DNA from: Akkermansia sp.
GTDB lineage: Bacteria; Verrucomicrobiota; Verrucomicrobiia; Verrucomicrobiales; Akkermansiaceae
Direction: 5' to 3'
NCBI GenBank assembly: GCA_045657445.1
Contig: JAZOTC010000025.1
Span: 21,938-85,937 of the forward strand
DNA length: 64,000 nucleotides
The notes beneath the pieces were generated by a model. The model made no database searches and had not been told where the DNA came from. It saw nothing but the letters and a program-made list of their open reading frames with translations. This document shows positions 18,664 through 29,200 of this stretch, piece after piece. Each line of letters opens with the position of its first letter. Position 1 is the first letter of the stretch. The position numbers were made by a program, and so were the translations under genes.

Positions 18664-18801
18664 ATAATGAGATATGGGGTTGTGAAAATGAATTTCCCAC
18701 CGCTGGCATGTAGGGGTGGGGTATTCGAACGCCAGGGCGAAGACCAATCTTCGCTGCGTTGCCGCCCATTGGCGGCTGCCGGCTGAGCCGGAAAAGAAAA
18801 A

Positions 18802-18875
<74 letters not shown>

Positions 18876-19020
18876 CTGTGCTTGTAAGCCGGGGCAATTA
18901 TACATGGAAAATCAACTTTGGCAAGTATAAATTTGTATTCCGGGGCAAAAATGTCATCTGTATGGGCGTGTACCGGGGAAAATTATCATCTGGCGGCGGG
19001 GTAGTGGGGCAGATGAAGAA

Positions 19021-19045
19021 CACCGCATGGGGTTGCCATGCGGTG
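19021..19045 (-). terminator. Probable terminator hairpin after the 732-aa gene
   Basis: caccgcatgg-ggttg-ccatgcggtg, followed by ttcttc on the minus strand. Confidence 0.5.
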
Positions 19046-19097
19046 CCAGGTAATAAGTCAGCAGGTAAAATGAAAACACCTGCAAGTGGTAAGTTGT

Positions 19098-21296
19098 TTA
19101 GTCCTTCTTGCGCTTCTTGTAATCCTCGCGCATCTGCTGGTCTCGCACAGCGTTTTCGCGGGTCTTCTCCAGCGCCTTCTTGGCTTCGTACTGAATGTTG
19201 TCGTCCTTATCGGCAATGTACTTGTTCAGGATGCTCACCACCCATTCGTGGTCGGAGAGTACGCTGAGCACGCGGATAATCTGGGTTTTCTGCTTGCGCA
19301 GGTTTTCCAGCTTCTTGAGCTCTTCCTTGAGCTTGGGTAAATCCGGGTGCGAGTCGCCGATGTAGAGCGTGGACATGTCATCGGTCTTCTGAACCAGGTC
19401 AGAGATGCCGGAGGTATCGGCATAGGGGTTATCGAAGCACATGGCGAGCAGCTTGTCGGCTTCTGCCACAGAGCGCGGGCGGTCCTGCTTCAGGATGGTG
19501 GCAATCACGTTGTCAATCGCAGCCTGAATCTTGGGCTTGTCCTGCGTCTGCTCCTTCTTTGCCATGACGAATTCGAGGATGTCGTCATTGCCCCAGGCGC
19601 CGATGAAATTGGGCGCAGATCCGTTCCATCCCTTTTCTGTCTCGAGCTCCTGCTTGTAGTAGGCGAGGGCTGCGGGGGAGCAGGCGCGGGCGAGCATGCA
19701 GGCTACAGCTGTGTTCTTGCGCAGCTTCTCGGGCATGGTGTTGAAGATTTCATCACCCAGCTTGGCCTTTTCATCCTGGCTGTCCATCATGAGCAGGATG
19801 TTATCAAGGCAGTTGCAGAGAATAGGCGCCAGGGTGCCATCTGCGGTGTCCGTCTTGAGAAGTTCCAGAATTTCCTTGGTGTCGCCGGAGGTGACGCGCA
19901 GGCCGATGCATTCCCATATGTGGGAAAGAATCTTCGACTTGTTAGTCCAGGGCTTGGCGGTCTTCTTGTCGGCCACCGTCTTAGCCAGCTTCTTGAGGTT
20001 GGTGTTGACACCCTGAGCATCGGAAATAGCGATGCGCTGCAGCAACCAGTGGAAAAGCGTGGGCTTGATCTTGGTGCACTGCTTGCCCATGGTGTCGAAA
20101 ATCATGTCGCGGATGGCCGTATCCTGCTCGGCGGCAAGACCCAGCAGCAGGCAGGCGTTCTGCGCCACACCCTCTGCGCGGGCGCCATAGCGCGGTTTGC
20201 CGTTTTCGCCCTTCACGAAGGGATCTACCACCACTTCCATGAGAGCCTTGGCATCCTTCATGCTGCAAGAGACATCCACGCCCTTCTTGCCGGCATCGGC
20301 CACGGTTTCCACCGCCTTCTTGTTGATTTCCTGGGCGCGGCGCAGCAGGCCGTTGGTGTAGTCGATGTGTGCCTGAATCCGGGCATTTTCCTTCTGTTTC
20401 TGGATGACCAGAACGGTACAGGTGGCAATGGTGGCAACGACCAGACCTGTACCTACCAGGAACGGAACAGTCTTCCAGATGGGCTTGCGCTGCTCTTCTT
20501 CCTTGAGGGCTTGCAGATAGGCCTCGCGCTGGGCAATTTCCTCATCGCTCATGTCGCTGTCAGCGCTTCCGGCAGGGGCGCTGCCTGCGGCTGCAGCGGG
20601 TTTGGAGGTCTTCTTCTTGGCGCCGGCTACCGTCAGGTTACTCTTCTTCTTGGCGCTCTTGGCGGCGCGGAGCTTTTCTGTGGGGGTGGGAACATCTGCG
20701 GCTTCTTCCACCACGAGGGCCTGTGCCACGGCGGCGGCCTGGGCGGCTTCGGCTGCAGCGGATTCTGCCTCTGCTACCGGCTCAGTCGGGGTCGGGGCGC
20801 TTTCCGGGGCCGGGGCTTCGGCTTGAGCGGCAGCCTGAGCGGCGGCAGCTTCTGCAGCCTGCAACTCAGCCATCTGGCGGTTGTATTCCTCCATCTGGCG
20901 GTTGTATTCGGCAAGCTGGCGCTCGTATTCCTCCTGTGCGAGACGGGCAGCTTCCTCTTCCGCGGCAATCTGGGGATCAACAGCGGGGGTATCGGTCACC
21001 TCCACCGGTGCGGGTTCAACCTCCGGTGCGGGTTCAACCTCCGGCGCGGGTGCCGGTTTTGCTTTGGGGGTGACTGCGGTCTTGGGCTTGGGAGCTGCCG
21101 CGGTTTTAGGAGCTGCTGCGGTTTTGACGGCGGGTGTAGACGCAGCCTTGGGTGCAATCTTCTTAGTGGGCTTGGCATCGGCGCCAGCGCCCGGTGTTTT
21201 GAGCTTTACTTGTTTAGCCGGAATGTTGCCGGCCGGACGCAGAGCGCTCAAGGGAGAGTTTTCACCAGTACCTGTGTTCAGTTTGGGAGTAGCCAT
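19098..21296 (-). CDS. Single-pass membrane protein with a Pro/Ala/Lys/Glu-rich N-terminus and an alpha-helical (HEAT/ARM-like) C-terminus
   Basis: 732-aa ORF with host codon bias; one TM (VPFLVGTGLVVATIATCTVLVI); internal repeats. Confidence 0.75.
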   Translation of the reverse strand: MATPKLNTGTGENSPLSALRPAGNIPAKQVKLKTPGAGADAKPTKKIAPKAASTPAVKTAAAPKTAAAPKPKTAVTPKAKPAPAPEVEPAPEVEPAPVEVTDTPAVDPQIAAEEEAARLAQEEYERQLAEYNRQMEEYNRQMAELQAAEAAAAQAAAQAEAPAPESAPTPTEPVAEAESAAAEAAQAAAVAQALVVEEAADVPTPTEKLRAAKSAKKKSNLTVAGAKKKTSKPAAAAGSAPAGSADSDMSDEEIAQREAYLQALKEEEQRKPIWKTVPFLVGTGLVVATIATCTVLVIQKQKENARIQAHIDYTNGLLRRAQEINKKAVETVADAGKKGVDVSCSMKDAKALMEVVVDPFVKGENGKPRYGARAEGVAQNACLLLGLAAEQDTAIRDMIFDTMGKQCTKIKPTLFHWLLQRIAISDAQGVNTNLKKLAKTVADKKTAKPWTNKSKILSHIWECIGLRVTSGDTKEILELLKTDTADGTLAPILCNCLDNILLMMDSQDEKAKLGDEIFNTMPEKLRKNTAVACMLARACSPAALAYYKQELETEKGWNGSAPNFIGAWGNDDILEFVMAKKEQTQDKPKIQAAIDNVIATILKQDRPRSVAEADKLLAMCFDNPYADTSGISDLVQKTDDMSTLYIGDSHPDLPKLKEELKKLENLRKQKTQIIRVLSVLSDHEWVVSILNKYIADKDDNIQYEAKKALEKTRENAVRDQQMREDYKKRKKD

Positions 21297-21370
21297 GGCT
21301 TGATTTCAGAGATAGTGAGAGATGATACTACGTACCTGATACATTTAACATATTCCGTAAGGGAATGCAA

Positions 21371-22198
21371 TCATTGATTCCGGGTCAAATCGTTTTTTTT
21401 CAGTCGGGGGCAGAGGGAAGTGGCTTTCAGGTAAAGCGCCGGGGTGAGCAGCAGCAGGGTGCAGGTGTAGGTTATCCACACAGCCTGGTCCAGTGCTACA
21501 GGCGATACCGGGGGCGACTGGTAGTCTGCATCGCCGAACATGGTGAACAGTAATCCATTTGCAATGAAAGCGGTGAGCAGGAAGAGATACGATAATCTGC
21601 GCCCTTGCATCAGCATGACTCCGCCAGCTGCTCCCAGAATGCCGATGGGGAGCAGAATCATGGCGGCGTTGAACCACATCTGCCCGCATGCCAGCAGGAT
21701 CAGCAGGGAGAGCGGCAGGATTACATAGGCGCAGCTCCGCTTTTGGTATGTGCTCAGCACGCGGCAGAGAATCAGGGCAATGAAGCTGCCATGCAGCACC
21801 CAGTCGAGATACTGGGCCGTCTGCCAGGGGGCTCCTTCATAAAGCCCGGATAACCATGCAAAGATATGGGGCAGGGCATTGTAGCAACTGGCCATGCAGG
21901 GGGCGCCGCACCACAAGCCGGCAGAGGCAATGCTGCCAAGCATGCGGCAAAGCCGGTCGTGCCGCTTGCCCGCGAGTTGCAGGGCGGCCTGGGCGCATTG
22001 TGCTGCCGCGGCGGAAATGACCAGCAGGGCACCTGCTGAGAAAACGCCCAGCGGCAGAACCCCGCGCAAATCCCAGAACGTGTAGCTGCCCCAGAGGGTG
22101 GCACTGCTGAGGGGTGTGGCCATGGCTGCGGTGCGCAGCACGGCCTGCACCAGCAGCATGACGGCCACCAGCACCAGCAAAAAGAGACGGTTCCGCAT
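21371..22198 (-). CDS. Hypothetical integral membrane protein
   Basis: 275 aa with multiple hydrophobic segments; starts 14 bp after the map stop. Confidence 0.6.
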   Translation of the reverse strand: MRNRLFLLVLVAVMLLVQAVLRTAAMATPLSSATLWGSYTFWDLRGVLPLGVFSAGALLVISAAAAQCAQAALQLAGKRHDRLCRMLGSIASAGLWCGAPCMASCYNALPHIFAWLSGLYEGAPWQTAQYLDWVLHGSFIALILCRVLSTYQKRSCAYVILPLSLLILLACGQMWFNAAMILLPIGILGAAGGVMLMQGRRLSYLFLLTAFIANGLLFTMFGDADYQSPPVSPVALDQAVWITYTCTLLLLTPALYLKATSLCPRLKKNDLTRNQ

Positions 22199-22212
22199 AG
22201 GCAGAGGTGGGT

Positions 22213-23010
22213 TTACAGCGTGATGCCCAGCTGCTCCGGCAGGGCGATACGGGGGCGCTCGGTCAGAATCTCGCCACCGTGGGAACCCACGGCTACCATG
22301 TGTTCAAAGTGCGCCGCCCAGGAACCATCGGTGGTCACGGCGGTCCAGTCGTCCTCCAGCACGCGTACGCGGTAGGACCCCAGCGTAATCATCGGCTCAA
22401 TCGCCAGAATCATGCCGCGCTTGAGCCGGGGCAGGGGGTAGTTCGGGCGGTAGTTCGGAATCTGCGGGTCCTCGTGCAGGTGGCGTCCTACGCCGTGGCC
22501 CACATAGTCGCGCACAATGCCGAAGCCGAACGGGCGTACATAGTCCTCAATCGCCCCGCAGACCTCCATGAGTGAATTGCCCTGCTTGGCGGCAGCAATA
22601 CCGCGGAAAAGCGCCTCCTCGGTGACAGCCATCAGGCGGCGGGCTTCTTCGCTCACGTTGTTGCCCACGCCCACAGTCATAGCATTGTCGCCATACCAGC
22701 CATCCACAATGGCTCCGGCATCCAGACTCACAATATCGCCATCGCGCAGCACGCGGGAGCCGCCGATGCCGTGTACAATCTCCTCGTTGACAGAGATGCA
22801 GAGCTGGCCGGGGTAGCCGCCGTAGCCCAGGAAGGCATTACCGCATTTTTCGCGTTTGAAAAGTTCTGCGGCATAATCATCAATCTCCTTGGTGGTGATG
22901 CCGGGGCGGATAATGGTCTGCAGCTCCATGAGAATGCGGGCCGATACCTCACCGGCCTTGCGAAGCTTGCTGATTTCATTCGGATTGCGTACAGGAATGC
23001 GGTCTGCCAT
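22213..23010 (-). CDS. map: Methionine aminopeptidase type I
   Basis: CISVNEEIVHGI, SLDAG..GWYGD, GHGVG..LHEDP, AIEPMI, AHFEH. Confidence 0.96.
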   Translation of the reverse strand: MADRIPVRNPNEISKLRKAGEVSARILMELQTIIRPGITTKEIDDYAAELFKREKCGNAFLGYGGYPGQLCISVNEEIVHGIGGSRVLRDGDIVSLDAGAIVDGWYGDNAMTVGVGNNVSEEARRLMAVTEEALFRGIAAAKQGNSLMEVCGAIEDYVRPFGFGIVRDYVGHGVGRHLHEDPQIPNYRPNYPLPRLKRGMILAIEPMITLGSYRVRVLEDDWTAVTTDGSWAAHFEHMVAVGSHGGEILTERPRIALPEQLGITL

Positions 23011-23131
23011 GGTTCTGGTCGCATTGTAGCACACCCAGACCGCCGCGGCAAGCGCCATAAACCGACATTTTTGCCCGAAATCAGTTATTTTATGCTTGAA
23101 GCAGGGCGTTGTGGGGTGTAAGATGCGGAAT

Positions 23132-23920
23132 ATGGCAGAGATTCATCCTACAGCTATTGTTGACCCGACTTGCGAGCTTGCCGACGACGTCAAGATTGGG
23201 CCGTATTGTGTGGTGGGGCCGCATGTTCAGCTGGATTCCGGCTGTGTGCTGCATAGCAATGTAGTGATTGGTGGCCCTTCGACCTTTGGTAAGAATAACG
23301 AGTTCTTCCCGTTCTGCACCATTGGAACCAAGACTCAGGACCTGAAGTACGCAGGCGAGCCTACGTTCCTGGAAGTGGGCGAGGGCAACGTGTTCCGCGA
23401 ATATTGCAATATCAACCGCTCCACCACGCCGGAACTCAAGACTATTATCGGTTCTTACAACAATTTCCTTATTCACTCCCACTGCGGCCACGAATGCCAC
23501 GTGGGCGATCACAATATCTTCTCCGGCTACGCCGCCTGCGCAGGGCATTGCGAGGTGGGCAACTGGGTTATTGTTTCCGGTTGTGCGGGTGTGCACCAGT
23601 TTGTGCGCATCGGCGACCACGCCATGGTAGGTGGGTACGCCCGTATCGTGCAGGACGTTGCGCCCTACACCATCGTGGAAGGCTCTCCTGCCGCTGTGCG
23701 TGCCATCAACACGATTGGCCTGACCCGCCGCGGCTTCGCGGAGGACGATATCCGCGCGCTGAAGTTCGCCTACCGCAAGCTGTTCCTGTACAAGGATACC
23801 GGCGCCAAGATGGAAGACAAGTTTGCCGAGGTGCTGGCCGATGAAAAATTCGGCAGTAACCCGCACATCCTGTACCTGATTGATTTCCTGCGCGCATCCC
23901 AGCGCGGTTTCATCCATTAA
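23132..23920 (+). CDS. lpxA: UDP-N-acetylglucosamine O-acyltransferase
   Basis: IHPTAIVD hexapeptide repeats, QDLKY, GVHQFVRIG, INTIGLTRRGF. Confidence 0.95.
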   Translation: MAEIHPTAIVDPTCELADDVKIGPYCVVGPHVQLDSGCVLHSNVVIGGPSTFGKNNEFFPFCTIGTKTQDLKYAGEPTFLEVGEGNVFREYCNINRSTTPELKTIIGSYNNFLIHSHCGHECHVGDHNIFSGYAACAGHCEVGNWVIVSGCAGVHQFVRIGDHAMVGGYARIVQDVAPYTIVEGSPAAVRAINTIGLTRRGFAEDDIRALKFAYRKLFLYKDTGAKMEDKFAEVLADEKFGSNPHILYLIDFLRASQRGFIH

Positions 23921-24585
23921 TGAAACAATACCTGGTTTTTGACCTGGATGGCACATTGGTTGATTCCCTGCCCGGAATAGCGGCGGGAATCAACCGTGCA
24001 TTATCTGCCTGCGGGTATCCGACCCACCCGCAGGAGAAAATCCGCAGCATGATTGGCCGCGGTGCGGCGAATCTCTGCGCTCAGGCCATTGGCTATGCCG
24101 ATTCGGCTGAGACGCCCGCTGACCAGTTGGAAGCCGTGCATGCCGCCTTTCGCCGTGAATACCCCCACTGCTGGTGCGGCGAGGAATACACCCGCGCCTA
24201 TGAGGGGGTCACCTCTCTGCTGGAGAAACTGGCCGCCGCCGGGGCGCGCCTGGCGGTGCTTTCCAACAAGCCGCACGAGGTCACGGAGCCCATGGTGCGT
24301 CATCTTTTTCCGACGGTGGCCTTCGATGTAGTGCTGGGTTATACCCCGGCATTCCCCCGCAAGCCGAATCCGGCTTCCATGCACCACATTGCAGAGAAAT
24401 GGGGTGTTTCCCCCGCAGAAATCACGCTGGTGGGCGATTCGCTCTTCGATGCCCGCTGCGCGGAAAATGCCGGCACGGGGCTGGTGCTGGTTGGCTGGGG
24501 CTATGCGGCCGACCCCGCTGCCCTGCGGGCCTGGCCGGCGCCAGTGTGCGAGACGATGGCCGCACTGGAAGCGGCCTTGTTATGA
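23920..24585 (+). CDS. HAD phosphatase (phosphoglycolate phosphatase-like)
   Basis: FDLDGTLVDS, VLSNK, RKPNP, VGDSLFD. Confidence 0.88.
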   Translation: MKQYLVFDLDGTLVDSLPGIAAGINRALSACGYPTHPQEKIRSMIGRGAANLCAQAIGYADSAETPADQLEAVHAAFRREYPHCWCGEEYTRAYEGVTSLLEKLAAAGARLAVLSNKPHEVTEPMVRHLFPTVAFDVVLGYTPAFPRKPNPASMHHIAEKWGVSPAEITLVGDSLFDARCAENAGTGLVLVGWGYAADPAALRAWPAPVCETMAALEAALL

Positions 24586-24690
24586 TTTTTCCGGGGCGGA
24601 GCCTCCTGCCTGTGCATGTTCTGGCGGCGCGTGCAGATTGTTAGATGTTTTAGCATTGACGATGAAGCGGGATGAGCGTATGATGATGCC

Positions 24691-25929
24691 ATGAAAATTC
24701 AGGATAAGGATATCCCCTCCTTGTTCCAGCGAAAGGTATGCTGGGCGGCATTGACTGGCGTTGCGCTGGTCGTGGTGATTGCGCTGGCCTGCGGCTGCCT
24801 GTTCGGGCTTGGTACCTTGTTTGTGGTGCTGGAGCCGGTGTTGCTGCCGGTGGTGATAGCGGGATTCCTGGCCTACTTGCTGGCTCCCTGTGTGGCGCTG
24901 GTGCAGAAGCGCATCACGAAGCGAATCTGGGCGGTGGTATCGGTTATGCTGGTGGCCGGGCTGGCTCTGGTGGCGCTGGGGTGGACGATTGTGCCGCCGC
25001 TGGTGCAGCAGACCGGGGAACTGGTTTCCAAGCGTGAGCAGATTCTGGAAAGCGTGGTCGAGGGCGGTAAGTCGCAGCTGGCCGAAAACCGCTTGCTGCA
25101 GCAAGGGGTGGATATGCTCTACGGTAAGACCCTCAAGGATGCCCGGGCGGCAGGGTTGCCGGTGGAAGATTATGAAAGCCTTTCCAATGAAGCAAGTTAT
25201 GAAGGAAAACTGAAGGCGATTCTCAGCTTCAACTCATCGTACCTCACGGAGACAATCATGGGCTGGCTCACCGCGGGAACGCGGGCGCTTTCGGGCGTGA
25301 CCATGGTGCTGGTCGGCACGGTGATGGTGCCGGTGTTCCTGTTCTATTTCCTGTTGGAAAGTACCAGCATTGCGCAGAACTGGCACACGGTGCTGCCCAT
25401 CCGCCGCTCGGCCTTCCGCGAGGAAGTGGTCGCCACGCTGCAGGAGATTAACAACTACATCGTTTCCTTTGTGCGCGGGCAGATGCTCGTGAGTGTGATA
25501 GATGGCATCATCCTGGCGGTTGCTCTCAAAATCATGGGGCTGCCGTATGCCATTACCATTGCCGCGGCGGCCGCGCTGCTGGGCATTATCCCCTACCTGG
25601 GCATGATTGCCACCTGGATTCCCGCGGTGCTGATTGCCTGGTTCACCTGGCACGATGTCACGCATGTGCTCGTGGTCAGCGCAATCTTCGGCTGCGTGAG
25701 CCAGTTTGATGGCTGGGTGCTTCAGCCGCGCATTGTGGGCAGCCGTGTCAAGATGCACGACCTCACCGTCATGTTCTCCGTCTTGTTCTGGAGCTATGTG
25801 ATTGGCGGCGTAGTGGGTGCGCTGCTGGCCGTGCCGCTGACGGCGGCCATCAAGGTGCTCTTCACGCGCTACATCTGGTCCACCTACCGCAAGGAAGTGG
25901 AGGAAAGTACGAAGGCTGAGGTGAGATGA
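24691..25929 (+). CDS. AI-2E (PerM) family transporter
   Basis: LAYLLAP, FVRGQ, IPYLG, LQPRIVG, GALLAVPLTA. Confidence 0.9.
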   Translation: MKIQDKDIPSLFQRKVCWAALTGVALVVVIALACGCLFGLGTLFVVLEPVLLPVVIAGFLAYLLAPCVALVQKRITKRIWAVVSVMLVAGLALVALGWTIVPPLVQQTGELVSKREQILESVVEGGKSQLAENRLLQQGVDMLYGKTLKDARAAGLPVEDYESLSNEASYEGKLKAILSFNSSYLTETIMGWLTAGTRALSGVTMVLVGTVMVPVFLFYFLLESTSIAQNWHTVLPIRRSAFREEVVATLQEINNYIVSFVRGQMLVSVIDGIILAVALKIMGLPYAITIAAAAALLGIIPYLGMIATWIPAVLIAWFTWHDVTHVLVVSAIFGCVSQFDGWVLQPRIVGSRVKMHDLTVMFSVLFWSYVIGGVVGALLAVPLTAAIKVLFTRYIWSTYRKEVEESTKAEVR

Positions 25930-26091
25930 AAGTGCGAGGTGCGAAGTGGGGTATTTCCTGCACTTGCGCTCAGAAGCTTACTGCCCGGCTTTTGAAAGCC
26001 GGATGACGCATGTTTGCTTGCATCTCACCCGCAGGCTCAGCCTGCCTGACTTCATGCTTCGTGCTTCCCACTTTGTGCTTTGTGCTTCCAT
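25929..26091. repeat. Two opposed arrays of degenerate heptamer repeats in the intergenic region before secA
   Basis: aaagtgc-gaggtgc-gaagtgg at 25929-25949 and cttcatg-cttcgtg-cttccca-ctttgtg-ctttgtg-cttccat at 26050-26091. Confidence 0.65.
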
Positions 26092-26126
26092 ATTGAGTCA
26101 TATTTGCTTGACAGGTAGACGCAGGC

Positions 26127-26155
26127 TTGCAAATGAGCAGGTGTTGTGCTACAAT
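26127..26155 (+). promoter_or_regulatory. Sigma70 promoter of secA
   Basis: TTGCAA-17 bp-TACAAT with extended TG. Confidence 0.7.
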
Positions 26156-26224
26156 CGCGCACCGCTCATGCCGTGCGCGCGGGTGAGCTGTAGTGTCATC
26201 TGATATTTTCTGCAAGTTTTCGTT

Positions 26225-29200
26225 ATGATTAAGTGGATTCTGAACAAGATTGTGGGTTCCAAGAACCAGCGCGAGGTGCGTAAACTCAAGCCGGTGGTGC
26301 GCCGGATTCTGGATTTGGAAAAATCCTGGGAGGAAAAGGATCGTGATTTCCTGGTGGGCAAGACCCGCGAGTGGCAGGCGCACCTGCACCGCTTCACTCC
26401 CATGGACCTGCCCACTCGTGGCGTGGTGCTGGCTTCCTCGCCGGAGCAGCTTGCCCAGTATGCCGAGCAGCTGAACACCCGCTTTGAATCCCTGGCTCCG
26501 GAGTTCCCGAAGCTGCCCAAGGTTGAAGCTACGGCAGAATCCATCGAGGCCGCTAAGAAGGCTCTGGCTGAGATTGAGCCCAAGTTTGCCAAGCTGCGCG
26601 CCAAGTATCTGGAAACCATCCTGCCCGAGGCTTTTGCCGTAGTGAAATGCGGCGCCCGCCTGCTGTGCGGCCAGACGGTGGATGTGTGCGGCACCCCCAT
26701 CAAGTGGGATATGGTACACTTTGATGTGCAGCTGATTGGTGGTATTGCGCTGCACCGTGGATTTATTGCAGAAATGGCCACGGGTGAAGGTAAGACCCTG
26801 GTGGCTACGCTGCCGGTTTACCTGAACGCCCTGACCGGCATGGGGGTACACGTGGTGACGGTGAATGACTACCTGGCCCGCCGTGACTCGATGTGGATGG
26901 GGGCTCTCTTCTCATTCCTGGGCCTTACGATTGGCTGCATTCAGAGCATGATGCCCAGCGACCTGCGCCGCCAGCAGTACGCCAAGGATATCACCTACGG
27001 CACCAATTCTGAATTCGGTTTCGACTACCTGCGCGACAACGGCATGGCCTCCAGCAAGGAAGCCCAGGTGCAGCGCGGCCACTACTTCGCCATCATTGAC
27101 GAGGTGGACTCCATTCTCATCGACGAAGCCCGCACGCCGCTCATCATTTCCGGCCCGGCCGTCATCGAGCACGAGCAGCAGTACGATACCCTCAAGCCGC
27201 TCATCGAAAAGGTGGTGCGCAAGCAGGTGGAACTCTGCAACGGCCTCATGGAAAAGGCAGTTGAGTACGCCAAGGCCGGCGATCCGGAACGCGCAGGCCG
27301 CTGCCTGTTCAAGGTGAAGCTGGGCCAGCCCCGCAACCGCGCCTACATGCGCTCTCAGCAGGACCCGGAATACCGCCGCATGGTGGAGAAGTATGAGCTG
27401 TTCCTCTACCAGGATCCCCGCAAGATTGAGCTCTTCAAGCTCAAGGAGGAACTTTACTACACCATCGATGAAAAGACGCACGATGCCGACCTCATGGAAA
27501 TGGGTCGCGAAATCATCAGCCCCGGACATCCGGAGAACTTTGTGCTGCCGGATATCGGCACCGAGTTCGTGAACATCGATGAAGATGAGAAGCTCAGCGA
27601 GCGCGAAAAAGAAGCCCGCAAGACGGCTCTCATGAAGCGTCTGGATGAAACCGGCGTGCGCCTGCACACCACCAGCCAGCTGCTCAAGGCCTACACTATC
27701 TACGAAAAGGATGTGGAGTACGTGGTGAAGGACAACAAGATTGTCATCATCGACCAGAACACCGGCCGCGAGATGCCGGGCCGCCGCTGGAGCGAAGGCC
27801 TGCACCAGGCGGTGGAGGCCAAGGAAGGGGTCGAGGTGGAGGCCGAGAACATGACCTACGCCACCATCACCATCCAGAACTACTTCCGCCTTTACAGCCG
27901 CCTGGCCGGTATGACCGGTACGGCTGAAACCGAGGCTGCCGAGTTCCACGATATCTACAAGCTGGATGTGCTGCCGATTCCCACGAACCGCCCCTGCATC
28001 CGCGAGGACCAGAATGACCTCATTTTCCGCAGCCGCCGCGAGAAGTACAACGCTGTGGTGGGCAAGATTGTGGAGCTGCACAAGAAGGGGCAGCCGGTGC
28101 TGGTGGGTACGGCCAGCGTGGAAGCCTCGGAGACGCTTTCCCGCATGCTGGGCTTTGCCAAGGTGCCGCACGAGGTGCTGAATGCCAAGAACCACCAGCG
28201 CGAAGCTGAGATTGTGGCACGCGCCGGCCAGCGCGGCGCCGTGACCGTGTCCACCAACATGGCAGGCCGTGGTACCGACATTAAGCTGGGTGAGGGCGTG
28301 GCTGAGCTGGGTGGCCTCTTTGTGCTGGGCACCGAGCGTTATGAATCCCGCCGCATCGACCGCCAGCTGCGTGGCCGTTGCTCCCGCCAGGGTGACCCCG
28401 GCGCATCCCAGTTCTTCCTTTCCTTTGAGGACGACCTGATGCGCAATTTCGGCGGCAGCGAGCGCATGACCAAGATGATGGACCGCTTCGGTATGCAGGA
28501 GGGTGAGGCCGTGGAAAACGTGCTCATGAACCGCATTATCGAAGGCGCGCAGAAGCGCGTGGAGCAGCGCAACTACATGTGGCGCAAGCATGTGCTGGAT
28601 TACGATGATGTGATGAACCAGCAGCGCATGATTGTCTACGCTATGCGCAACGATGCCCTGCTGTGCGAAGACCCGCGCGAGATGCTTTACGAATGCCTGG
28701 TGAACGGCACGCACAACAAGTGCAACCTCTACCTGAATGAGGACGACAGCGGTGCCTTCCGCTACACCGACCTCCTCCAGTGGGTGAACTCCACTTTCCC
28801 CATGGGCTGGAGCGAGAAGGAGTCCGACCTGAAGGGCAAGACTCCCGAGGAGGTGGCCGAGCACATTATCGCCCGCGTCAAGGAAATGTACGAAAAGAAG
28901 GTGGCGGGCGAACGCCCCGACCGCATTGACCAGATGGAGCGCTCCATCATGCTGCAGGCCATTGATAAGCTCTGGCAGAAGCACCTGACGGATATGGATG
29001 CCTTGCGCGAGGGTGTGCGCCTGCGTGCCCAGGGCCAGCGCGACCCGCTTGTGGAATACAAGCGCGAGGCTTACGGCATTTTCGAAAGCCTGATGGAGAA
29101 CATCGATTTCGAGATTCTCAACGGCATGTTCCGCAGCACTACCAACCTTTCCGCCTTCGAGGACTTCCTGGCCAGCCTGCCCACCAGCGGTGCAGAGGAG

